From the NCBI GenBank assembly GCA_001244265.2, contig CDLV01000004.1, forward strand, positions 2,418,001-2,482,000: a stretch of DNA of 64,000 bases, written 5' to 3'. This document shows, one piece after another, positions 46,774-60,683 of this stretch (its first letter is position 1; the number at the start of each line of letters is the position of its first letter). This DNA is from Microbotryum violaceum. Lineage: Eukaryota. The translations under genes were made by a program, and so were the position numbers. The notes beneath the pieces are model-generated. The model made no database searches. It was not told where the DNA came from and saw only the letters and a list, made by a program, of their open reading frames with translations.

Positions 46774-49773
46774 GCCCTAGTTTCCTTCGCTGTTTTTATT
46801 AAAAATAAAAAAAAAGCTGGAGGAACATGGGAAAAGAGAGTGAAAGAACTTTGTACATGAACCAGAGAATGAACTAATTAAGGTGAAATTTACACTTTTG
46901 CTTATCGATTCTTCACCGTTCCCTTTTCGGAAGGCCAATATCTTTTCGGACAAGTACGGCATCGAGATGTTTGCTATCGCCTCCTCGAATTTACCCGAGA
47001 CCAACAAGGAGCACTTTGTGGTCGCTTCCGTGGGCGGGGCGGCGTTTGCGCTTCGACAGGGTTGGGCCGACAAGGGGCAGGGACCGCTGGTCCGCGACTT
47101 TGCGCATTGCGTCGCAGGCACAGCGATTATAGCAGACAAGCGGGCCGGCATTGTCAGCGCCGGTGAGTGGCGAGATTTTACCGGATCTCAGGAAAGGGCA
47201 ACAGCTAGTAGAGGTCAATTGATGTATCAGCGAATGTCTGCTAACAGCTTGGAACGCACCCGTGGCCGACAAAAAACGTTGAGACCAAATGCCAATGGTA
47301 CAACATCATCCTCAAGGAACTGTTCCGTGAGTACAAAAAGTGTAGCCTGCCTACTCTTCCATACGCATGCCTAATTTTGACCCGGCTCGCTGTCTTCAGA
47401 GTCCGCGCTGCGCCAACGCTCCGTGCTGGACGGCGAGAAGATCCAATCGCCCAAGTTCGTCTATGACGTAAAGGCCCTCAGGGACAACGCCAGAATCATT
47501 GTTCAGCGCGGCGCGCTCCTTCGCAAAGCGGATTTCCGAAGCCCGAGTAGCAAGCTCAAGTTGTTGGGACGACCTGGATCGGATCATCCCATTGCTGCGT
47601 GCAGGCGAGCTGAGCTTCAGGCTGGAGGAAGAGGTAATCGGGTCAAGTGCAGACCAGGCAATGGCCGACGGCGATGAAGGCGGCAACAGCGATGCTGACC
47701 GGCGGACTCGGAACACGAGCTCCGACGAGTACAGCGAGTGAGGTGACGATGGCCGAGCTTTCAGCGCCAGCCGGACTCGTCGACGCGCATGCGGTGCGGA
47801 GATCTTGGCTGTTGAAGGGCCAGAATTCGTTGGACAACACAGGCCACCACAATCGTTCTTTTATAGTTTTGCTTCATATGCATCCGGCTCTTGGTGACTA
47901 AAGGCGGAGAGGGTAATTGTTCGTTGCCCTTCGTACCTAATCTTCTCCTGGGCCGCTCGAGACCGACCTCTCCTTGTTGACAAAGGATGTGCCAGGGACG
48001 TAACCCTGCTCACAAACGTTATCCTTCTTGTTCTGCTGGGTTGTTCTCGAAGTACTATGTAGAGTTGAATTGCCCAGTGAGAATGGAGTGCTCCCTGATC
48101 CGTGGACCAGACGGAGCGTCTACTTTCCGGAAGTGACTCTTTGAGCAAAAGAATGAATGAACAGAATTCGCAACGCGATTCTACAAATTGCAGTGTATGT
48201 TAGCATCTTCTTATCGTCTATGAGCACTAAAGTGAACGGGCAAGGGTTGCATCTGGCCGGGCTCGGTCTTCGCCAAAGTGCCAATCAGAACTGCTGGGCC
48301 ACGGTGACGACCCCCGGCCGATTGACTTCAAGCGGCGCGCGCTCCTAGAAGAAGCTGAGCCTGAACGCGCAAATGAAGCGGAGCGGAACACGTAGGAAAT
48401 CAGTCGTAAGTAGCGAAGTAGCGACGAAATACGTGCTTGATGAGAGGCGGGTCGTACTCGATAATACATTCGGTGAGAACATGGAAGGCTTAGGCTTGTA
48501 ACAGGCTTTTGAACCAAAAAGCCCAATTGACTCCGAGACACAGTAATCGATGCAGTGGCAAATCGGCAGCCGTACCTGGCGGCTGACTTGAAAGCGTCTG
48601 AAACTGGAAAGTTCTCGATGGGCCGCTCATACCTACCTCTTACTTGAGAAACATCCCTTCTCGTCAATGAGATAGGCCGCCAATCCTCAGACCACATGGT
48701 GAGTGCTCAAAGCAGAAAGAATTCTTGCATTAAGTTCGCCGCACTAAGATGAATTGTCAGTGGCATTTCTGGTGAATCCGAATGTACAAAGACTCGGCGG
48801 TATGAGGCCATTCAGCTCTCATCGCGATCTTCGAGTTAGGCATGTTCTCAGATTATGACTCTATGATATTACCCGGGCTCTGATGTATTGTCGGCCATGA
48901 GAGCCGTCCGAAGAGTGTCGCAGCATCGAGCGGTCCACTGATGGTTGACCTGACTTCCCGGATGGGTCTCCTGAAGCTCCTAACTAAGGGTTATAATTGC
49001 ATCATCATCTCTGTTTGCTGTATGCGCGGATCTAATTGATTTGACGCCATGAAAGGTCTTGTTCGTCACCGGTGTGCGCAGTCTAGGAGGTGAGGAAAAA
49101 CGATCTCCGACTTCCCGTCAAGCATAGACTTGTTGACACCAAGCTTTTCTTAAAACACGCGCAAAGTCTCAGTAGCAGGGATGGGGATTGGTGCAAAGGT
49201 TCTTTGGCCGCGCCATGGCAGAAAGTCGAGTCCTTCGAGCGGGGAATTCTCAGAGAGAGTGAACCGCCCAGCCGTCTTGTTCGGAAGAAGATACATTCTC
49301 TATAGTGATCGAACCCACTCACCCATCTTCACGGGGTAGACCTTCTAGGTGCTCGAGCAGTTGCATGCGTTTTGACTGAAATGACCCTCGGCACTGGTAA
49401 GGGAAACCGCCGAGCCATCTTGTTCGGAAGAAGGGCTTGCACGCACATGCCAACTTTGCTATTCAAGCCTGTCCGAATGTAGGAGATACATTCTCTATAG
49501 TGATCGAACCCACTCACCCATTTTCACGTGGTAGACATTCTAGGTACTCGAGCAATTGCATGCGCTTTGATTGAAAAGTCACCCGGCAAGTCACCCGGCA
49601 GGAGCCTAGTAAGGCAGGCGCAGCCCAGAGATTAGGTCTGACAATATTTCTTTCTAGAAGACGGTGTTATTACTCTCACCCACCGCAATTGAGACGACTA
49701 TAGTTTGCAAACACCATTTCCACTGTTTCAACATTAGGTTGCTCCACTAACTCAATTTACATCAGAAGCTGGT

Positions 49774-52700
49774 CTAAACGTCCGAGAAGTATTCGTCTTC
49801 CTGACCAGCGAAGTCATCGCCGTAGCTTTCATCTGAAGAGCTGCCCATCTCACCGTCCTGCTCGAGGAGTCGTGCGGAGAGAGGCCCCACCTCCTTTGCG
49901 AGTTCAGCCCCGTCGCTCATATCCATCTGTGCCTCAATGGCCCGCACTTGCTGAACGTCACGGGCCAGCGGTGGAGGCCCCGCCGAGTCGTCGAGGCCAG
50001 ATCTCTCCATAGTACCGCGTGTTCCGGACCGATTATGTGCAGGTCGCTCGTGATGTTTTGCCTTCTTGACAGCTCTTCCCGTTGCGTTCAATCGTTGATG
50101 TAAACCACGAAGTTCTGACAGTGCAGGAGGCACGGGCTCGGAATGGCCCTCTGACTGCCCGCGAGTCTCGAGCCAAACATCGAAGAAATAGTTGTTCTGG
50201 GACCAAGAACATTCGCGCAGCTGCAGAAGCTCCATCCGGCGATCTAGTAGGATGAGCGCGCGGCCTCGGATCTCTTCAACATCTTCAGTGCTGAATATGG
50301 ACTTGGCATCAGCTGGGTCGATGGATTCAGGAAGGCTATCTGTTGAGATGGTTTGAAAGATGTTAGGGCGACCTAAGAGGTGATATGGAGCACGCCGTGT
50401 CGAAAACTTACCCGACACGTTAGTCCAAAGTGTCTGGCAACTAGTGAGACAAGTTTTTTCATCTTCGAGCCAAGCCAAAGCTTGCCGCACCTCGGCGCCG
50501 ATCCAAGCTTTCTCCTCACCGACTCGATCCTCGGCACGCACAGCTGTTACTCCTCGCTTGACCCAAGGATTGACAGCCCAAGCAGCTTCAACGTGCGTGA
50601 AAAAGCCGTCCTGCCAGAACGGGTCCGTCTCATCGAGGTCGATCGCAGATTTCAAGCTGTCCGAAATCCGGAGATTGTTGAGTAGGCTCGAAGGTGTTGA
50701 TCCCATCGCGAGACGGAAGGCCTCAACGGCCTTGTTGTACGTCTTGCGAGCCTTTTCCGCGCCAGAATGAATCTTGCCGTCTGTAGCACGAGCTTTGCTG
50801 ACCGCTCGTTGACCTAGCTTTGCACCTCCCTTGCCACGACCCGTCGAAAGTAGCTTCTCCCGACTGGTTTTGTAGGCAATCACCTCGAGATGAAATTTGC
50901 GCAACGCCACAGAGCACTGGAACAGATGTCGAAGTTCTGCACAGCACCTAAGCTATCAGTGCAAGCCACAGCAATCATGTGAGCAACACACATTAACTGA
51001 CCTCTGGACGAGAGGCCCGTGACATAACGAGCCTGTGCCATTGCCGCTCGATCGATGTCCATCCCGAGGCTGCGGCGTTTGGCGCTTAGCGATTCCAAGA
51101 CGTCTGAATCGGGCTCTTCGGTATCCCTTTGCAAAAGCCCAGCAAGTCAGAATCATAGACAATGAGCGACGGCCTGGCCAGATGATCTACGTATATTCGC
51201 GACTCAATCTTGTAGAGGCTCTCCATAAGTCCATAGAGGTCGCTCTCCCTCAGGCGATCCGCCTCCGATTGCTGCGCAGCTGTCTTTGGCACTTGCGCCA
51301 GTCGCTGTTCTTCCCACTCGCGGCGGAGCGCATCTTCGGTCAACCTCGAATCGTAGGCAATGATGCTATTAAGCTCTTCCTCAGCAGCGACACCCTTGTC
51401 GTTTGCCTCATGGTAGCGACGATAGAACCAGGCCCCTAAATAAAACATATCGAGTGTCAGCATTGTGATTGAGATAATTGCGATCCAGGTGCGGCTTACC
51501 CAGCTTGTTGACGGTCGCGTCATTCAGTGCTTGGATACGGACGGCCAGGTTGACGAAGCGATGGGACTTGTTCGAGGGGCGGTTGATGGGAATGAGCGAC
51601 CGTAGCCCGCTCCACAATCGCTCACAGCCCTCTCCATCAGTCAGCCCGAAGTTCGGAATGAGGCGCGGGTCGAACTCGACTTGGCAGGACCAGCTATGGG
51701 CGTATGCATGGAAGACGCTCGTGGCGAACTCCAGTCGCTTGAAAAGCTTTGGCAGGAGCTGCCTCTGGTGACAAATGATAAAGTAGGCGCATTTGGTCAG
51801 TGCCAACGAAATTGAGGAGGAAGGGACCCGTCGTAATCGATGCGAACCTTTTCAATGTGGTGCTTGAAGTTACAAGCAATGTCGTATAAGACTCCGATCT
51901 TGGCGTGTTCAGGAAGGCGCTCTGAAATGTGCTTGAGGATGGCAAGCGCATAGTACAATCTGAGTGGTCGGAGGGGAATCTGCGCATTAGTACTGGGATT
52001 CGAGAGGAAAGCGGAAGCGACTAAGTCTCGCCAGACAGCTCCGCGCTTACTTTTCACCAGACCTCTCAAGATTGACCATTTTCAGGTTCACGTCATGACG
52101 GTATACGCAGGCAACGAGTCCGGTGTCGACTACTCGTGACGAGGTTGAGCCAGCTCCGTCGTCGGCAGCCTTCCACGACTCTGTGCACGCCTATGACGGT
52201 GGGTGGGTGTAGAGGTAAGCGATCCCATTAAGGCAAATGCAAAGAGCGGCATTACTCACCTTTTTGGTCGGCCGCACCGAAGCTTCAACCTCGGCCTTCA
52301 TCGTCTGAACCTCTTCCTCACCCAAGAAAGTGTCCTGAACAATCTGGTCGTGGTTCGAGTTTTTCTCACGCGTTTGCTGAAAGTTGCCGTCGTATGCAAG
52401 CACGCAATCCAATGTGACGTCGTGACAAGGTTGATTAAGCCGCGTTGGCCCGAAGCACGCGGGACACTTGTTGGAATACGAATCGACGGTGCCTGCGAGA
52501 AGGTCCCCGCTGTCCTCCTCGCATGTTTCGAGAGCGCGGTACTCGTCGATCGCGTTGCTTCCGAAGGTCTTTGTCCTGTATGCGCGGAAGGCAGGCTTTA
52601 AGCATGTGCCCATGAGAGGATGGCGGCGTCCAAACTCACCCAAGAATGTCCCGTATAGTGACCCCGACCCCACCCACAACGGGAGTAATACTCTTCGAGG

Positions 52701-52927
52701 TCGTCCGCATAGCCGGTGATATCGCGGGGGCTGACCTTCCAGCTTGCGTGGGCCTGCTCGACCAGTCGAAATGAGAAGGCGGTCATCGGCATTGAAGCGG
52801 TCGAAGAGATGAACCCTAGTTGGGCCAAGCGTTCGACGTCCGTAGCACACCGCGACTCGGAAGCACAGAAGGTGACCTGCAATTTGTCGACCGACGGTTT
52901 GGACTTGTATCTTCTCTTCGGCGGCAT
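49774..52927 (-). mobile_element. Kyakuja-Dileera-Zisupton (KDZ) transposase with CxC1-like N-terminal domain, multi-exon
   Basis: VTFC..C..RLAQLGFISST..P.TAFSF (CxC1-like), KCPACFG..YDGNFQQTR, VLYDIACNF, SVFHAYAHSWSCQV..GLTDGEGCERLW, then a helical C-terminal region with 'DPFWQDGFF..WAVNP'. Confidence 0.9.
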
Positions 52928-53609
52928 GGCGATGCCGAGTCAAGTGCATGAGCAAGAGGACGAACGCGAGCCGTGGGGCCTGTACAGTCGATGGCGACGC
53001 TACAATGAGCTGTAACGAAAGCAACGAGGTGAGGCGGCAAGTCAAGTGGAAGGTCCCTCGCGTGCCGACTGCCGCCAACGCGTGTGCTCGGACCCTTCGA
53101 TCTCGGGACCGAAATCCCGCGCGACCGCTTCGGACACGTGACATTGACAACATCCGAAAGATGCGTGAAAAATACGAAGGAAGGAATGCATCTACTACCC
53201 ACTTTCCTAATCAATCTAGCAGCTGTGAGAGTGTTGTGTGTACACAGAATCGACTCGAAGCAGAGAGTTGGGTGTAACCTGGGCCAAGTCGGCGCCCTGG
53301 GGTAGCAAGGCTGCACCCCGCTGGAGCAGTGACTTGGAAGGCACGTGAGGGGGCGCTGCGCGCGCGCCTGTTTAGGCGTATTTTTTATGTCTGCCCGAGG
53401 TGTTGAAGTGAGGCGGCTGCGAGCGGGACTGTAAGCGTGTTTCTCAAGCTTAGGCATACCATCTTTGCGTGTACCTGGTGTTAGTGTAAAGATACCGAAT
53501 TCGGGCAAGTTAACAAGAGAGTACTATTCACATGTACATCATGTGTTCGACTTTCCTTCTTCCCCTTCTTCCCTTCTTTTCTTCATTTCCTCTTTTCTTC
53601 TCTTTTTTC

Positions 53610-56224
<2,615 letters not shown>

Positions 56225-56226
56225 CT

Positions 56227-56305
56227 AAACGTGTGTTTCGTCCCAAAATGTCAAATTTTTGCAATGCGCCTCGACGATTTTCAGGATTTTGGGTCCTCAA
56301 AATGT

Positions 56306-56344
<39 letters not shown>

Positions 56345-56460
56345 CGGCTCCGGCTGGGCTTTCTGGGGTCCTACTGAAAGTGCGGCTGAGGACCCAAAAT
56401 TCTGAAAATCGTTGAGGCGCATTGCAAAAAAATTGACATTTTGGGACGAAACACACGTTT
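56227..56460. repeat. ~73-bp inverted repeat pair around poly-A and a further TIR end
   Basis: 56227-56299 versus 56387-56460; the inner ends are GGGTCCT / AGGACCC, like the TIRs of 22980-25387. Confidence 0.85.
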
Positions 56461-56609
56461 TGCCCCCGGGGCGCCTTTGCAGATTTTGACATCTTTCCCG
56501 TGGGTTGACGCAATTTTGGCCTACCCTGAGCAGCCTCCGGCATGACTTTGGGCCCGTTCGCCTTCGCTTCGAGACGCGTGTCGCGATACTCGCGCTTTTT
56601 TTTATTTGA

Positions 56610-59180
56610 CCAGTGGGAACCCGTTAAATTAACGGGAGGGTGAAATTCAAATAGCAGGAGAATCGAACAGTCTACATGGTTTCAACAGAGGTTAAATAAA
56701 CACACTACGAAGTACAGCAAAGAAACAGTTCTTCATTCACAAACAGCCTGCCCGTTGCTTGTTGCCAAAAACGTTGTCGTCGCAGAGTCGGTTCAACTTG
56801 GATTCAAACGCTCGTGCAATGAGTTCCGGTCGGTTGCTTGCTTGGTCGTTCGGCCCCAGTGCAGCCTTGATTTCAGGCCATTCGGGGTTGCACGTCACCG
56901 TGATGAACAGCGAAGGCTTTCCATATTTTACGACGCACGCCATCGCATCTTGGTAACGCTGCGTGTTCTCGCGCGGTCTATTCTTGAACGTTGAGCCCAA
57001 AATCACCGAACATCCAACTTGATCCGGGGTCAAGCTGATGATGCCTTAGCCCGTGGTGAGGCGGAGGTTTTTCTTGATCCAACTGGAGGTAAGTTGAGTC
57101 GATCGGTCTCGACCTGGGAGTATCCGTCATCACGAACGCCAGGAAGGCACGTTGGGTACAATGCGGGATTGAGAAGTACTCGTCGCGTTTGTGCAAGTAG
57201 TACACAAATGCTTGTGAACGCGAGACTCGCCACCTCGACCCCTTGATTTGAGCTTCGTCCTAGATGTTCAAACGTTCAATGTCAGTCTGTGCAGTCTGTG
57301 CGTGCGCCTTAACAGAATGGAACATCCGAGAACCGAAGGCGCTTCACCATCACCATTCTCTTCGTCCCCTTCCTCCTCGTCTTCATCCTCTTCGTCGGCG
57401 AAGGGTGACCCAGCTTGGTTGGAACTGCACAGAGGAATGTTGGGGAGGAAGCCATCTTCTCCTGCAGGGAATAGGAGTGGGTAACGGAGAGGCGTCGCAG
57501 ACGGATGGAGCGAGCTGACAACTTGGTACTTGGGCCGACCTTCGGGACATCGATCACCGTGCACCTGGAGAATAAGGTCTTGCGGTCCACGATCTCCCGT
57601 GTCGGTGGCGGAATCGCAGATAAGCATCGCCATTTCGGTGCTCGACGTAGGAAGGTTGTGTGTGCGTCGGTCTCGGCCAGGGGGTAGGCAGAGGCGCAGG
57701 ACCCACTCTTTGGCCTAACCTGCGCGAGCTTTGGCCGATGCAAGTTCCTCACCAAGCGATTGCCGGTACGCAACGTAGAATCGAGCTTGGTCAAAGTAGA
57801 TCTTTGTATGCGACTGTCTGCGCCGTCGGGTCCAAGTTCAGTGCCAGTGGCCTCGGCCGGGCAGATGAGCCATGTTTTGGCAAAGGTTGGGCGCTGATTG
57901 ACGGCAGGATTCAGGGCGCCGAGAGGCGCCGAGTCGATGGTAAAGGCGTCGAAATATCCGAAACATGCGGGGTCCTTGAGTGCCTAGTCGAGTCTGGTCA
58001 AAGCGGGCAGCGAGCGAAGTGAAGACAGCACGTTCAAGTTGTTGTACGACCGGGCATTCTCGCGGAATGCAATCGTCTCTGTGTAGGCGGGTCGAACAGT
58101 TCAGCATGTGGGCCTACGACAGACTGGAGAGACTGACCGCTATCCGAGCCTTCAAGAAGCTGCCGATACTCGGGATTGGGCTGGGGAGGGGGAGGTAGCT
58201 GCACCTTACCCTGCGAGCAGCACGTGCTGAAGTGTCCGGTTCGTCCTTTGCACTCCCAGTGTCGAGCCTTGCAGTGGGCACACACGGCCATCTGGGGCCA
58301 ATTAGTCGCGGATGGGAACGTGGGGCTTGAGTGGTTTGAGCGCGGTTCGAGGCCTGTCACTTGCTCTGCGCAGGAAGAGGTGGTGGTGGGGCGAGCTCAG
58401 CGTCGGATCGACCATCGGGCCCTCGCGCTGACCACGCTGTCCGTTCTACAAAGCTGTACGGCGGACGCTTATACGGGTCGCAATATCAAGATCGGTCGAG
58501 TGGTTGTCATCACGCGCGGGAGCTGATTCTGTTGATCGGAGCGGGACAAAGAGGAGAGTCGAGCAGCCGGCTCAGCGGCAGGCGCTCGAGCAAGCTCGAG
58601 CAGGCCCATGGTCTCCCATGGTACGGCGATACGCTATCCTCGCGCCAGAGACTCGGCGCGGTTGTCACGAAGATTCGATGAGAGTAGGAGGGAAAAGGCG
58701 AAATTTGGAGAGAGTAGCGCCGGAGTGTTCACAGCGCCTGGAACCTCATGTTGTTGTTGAGCCCCTAAAACCGGTATCGGGATGCCAGAAATACGTCACG
58801 TGATCGACGGGGCATCGCGCAGCGTAGCGGTGCCCGCGTCCGCGCGTCAACGACAGCGAGACCACGCCTGAGCTCTGTAGAAGAAGTGTCATGCAAACCC
58901 ACGCGCTTGCTATACACTAAATCATACACAAACTGCTCAATAGTTGCGCACCCCGCCAAAAATCAACAAAAACTGTCCTCGAGCTGCAGCCCGACTTTTA
59001 TGGTGCAGAAAATGCGAAAAGGGTCGTACATGACTTCTGGTCGGGACGCCAAAATCACAGGCAGGTGCGGCAGACGCAACACTGTACTGGTACATTCACT
59101 ATAGGCGGCCCTCTGGGCCGCAACACAGTCAAAAACAGCGATTTTAGGTACATGGTCGCGGATCGACACTTTTTTTTACT
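56610..59180 (-). mobile_element. Helitron copy 2, internally deleted and degenerate
   Basis: Homologous to 20930-26021: YQDAMACVVKYGKPSLFITVTCNPEWPEI, CAHCKARHW..CCSQGKV; same 3' hairpin (56620-56636) and CTGG end at 56610. The 5' end is approximate. Confidence 0.85.
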
Positions 59181-59204
59181 AGTTAGGGTAATAGGGTAAT
59201 GTCT

Positions 59205-59320
59205 TTGGTTTGGGCTTGGAGGCAAATTCCCTCACGGACACGGCCCCGCGAAGAAACCGGCGACCCAACCGGCGCAATCTGCGCCGGTTGAAGGGAGAGC
59301 TCGCCCCCAGCCCAAACCAA
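59205..59320. repeat. Nested hairpin / MITE-like element
   Basis: Outer arms ttggtttgggct / agcccaaaccaa extend imperfectly for about 30 bp; inner 11-bp stem caaccggcgca-atc-tgcgccggttg (59266-59290). Confidence 0.55.
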
Positions 59321-59830
59321 GCGAGTTCCTAAGTGATTTCGATATCCCATATTTCACAATGAAGATCACTGCGGCCATGAAGCGGCGGAACGTATTAGGG
59401 GACTGGCGGAAACACGGTCAACGCGAAGAGCTGAGACCTGAGCTGAGCGTAGAGGAGCGCAGGATGAGCAGGAGGCAAGTCACAAATCACCCTCCGCACT
59501 TGCGAGCTCGTCAAACGCAATCTCAAACTCCTCTGATTGATCGTAGGCTTGAACCAAAAGTGCACCTCCCGGCGAGCTGAGCTGAGAAACATCGCCTGAC
59601 ATTGCGCGGGCCGCGATGAGATTGACTTGGCGCCACTACCGTTCGAATGAGTTGCTCTTCCAGCGACCAATAACTTTCACTGTCTCCGGTGGAATCCCCT
59701 CGAGAAGCTAATGGGTGGCGCCACCGATACGGAAGGAGTGACCGGACACGGGCGGACGATCCGCTGCCTTCAAGGTTTGATTCACACGCGAGAGGAAGCA
59801 CGTACACATAACCGCTCTACTCGCTTGTCA

Positions 59831-60035
59831 CTTTGGGCTCACATAAGGTTGGCTTTTGGGCCCACGTCGGAGGCACTCTGGTCCCACGTCGGAGGCACTC
59901 TGGTCCCACATCGGAGGCGACTCTGGTCCCACACCGGAGGCGACTCTGGTCCCACATCGGAGGCGACTTTGGGATCACATCGGAGCGGACTTTGGGATCA
60001 CATCGATGCGGACTTTGGGATCACATCCGAGGTCA
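59831..60035. repeat. Tandem array of 22-23-bp units (about 8-9 copies)
   Basis: tggtcccac(a/g)tcggaggc(g)actc grading into tgggatcacatcg..ggactt. Confidence 0.9.
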
Positions 60036-60683
60036 TTCTTGTACCACGTTCATGGGAACTTTGGTACCACATAGTGTAGAGGCCTGTATCTCTTGCAATA
60101 TGTGATGTATCACTCTGGGGAATGTAGTATAATGTATGTACAGGTCTATAGTACTTCTGGCGGGTGAGACGAGGCGGACAATGCAGTAGTTGCTACATCG
60201 GGGTTCTTCCCCGTTGTGCCGCTCCGCGCCCGTGTCAGCGGTTAAACCTTACGCCGATCGTCACGAGGCAGCAAGCGTAGCTTGCAATAATATCATAGGG
60301 TGGAGCAAACGTTTTTTTCTTGCTGACTAGAATACTTATGCGGTAATGGCATAATCACTACATGGGTGAGCTGTAGTGTTCCTCAGGCCTGCAATCGTTA
60401 GCACCCTTATTCGAGAAAATTCAAACATTCGGCGAAAGCCCTGGGGCCGCGCCAAAACTCGCAGGCGCTCGTCGTTTGACGGGCTACACCGGCAAACTCA
60501 CGAATGCCCCTGAAAGCAGCTCCTTTCCTCAGAGCTTCACACGCTCACTGGTCTTTCCTCCCACTCTCTCTTTCTTCTAACACATAAAGTCCTCACGTAA
60601 ACACTCCTCCCTATCTTAGTCGCGCGGAAATACTGTGCATCTCGAGCAAACGACGCCCAGTGAAGGGTTTACCTTCAAGGTAG

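Larger units (their letters stand above)
46082..46900. other. Nuclear insertion of mitochondrial DNA (mosaic NUMT)
   Basis: Abrupt AT-rich island in GC-rich DNA containing atp9, nad5 and nad4L fragments; boundaries approximate. Confidence 0.88.
44625..47741 (+). pseudogene. Multi-exon hypothetical gene convergent with the KDZ transposase; intron 46040-46933 holds a NUMT
   Basis: Exon peptides ..NPWNDFQKSRFF.., ..KKARQGLQASLTSL|ANIFSDKYGIEMFAIASS..FAHCVAG; GT-AG introns splice in phase; stops or frameshifts near both ends, so limits are approximate. Confidence 0.55.

Noticed and set aside
43000-53500. TET/JBP dioxygenase next to the KDZ transposase
   Set aside because: No HxD...H...R 2OG-Fe(II) signature was recognised in the available translations; a profile search would be needed to exclude it.
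59183-59200. Telomere-like TTAGGG..TAGGG
   Set aside because: Only one and a half imperfect units; not an array.
59831-60035. CRISPR-like array
   Set aside because: Units are contiguous with no unique spacers, there are no cas genes, and the context is eukaryotic.
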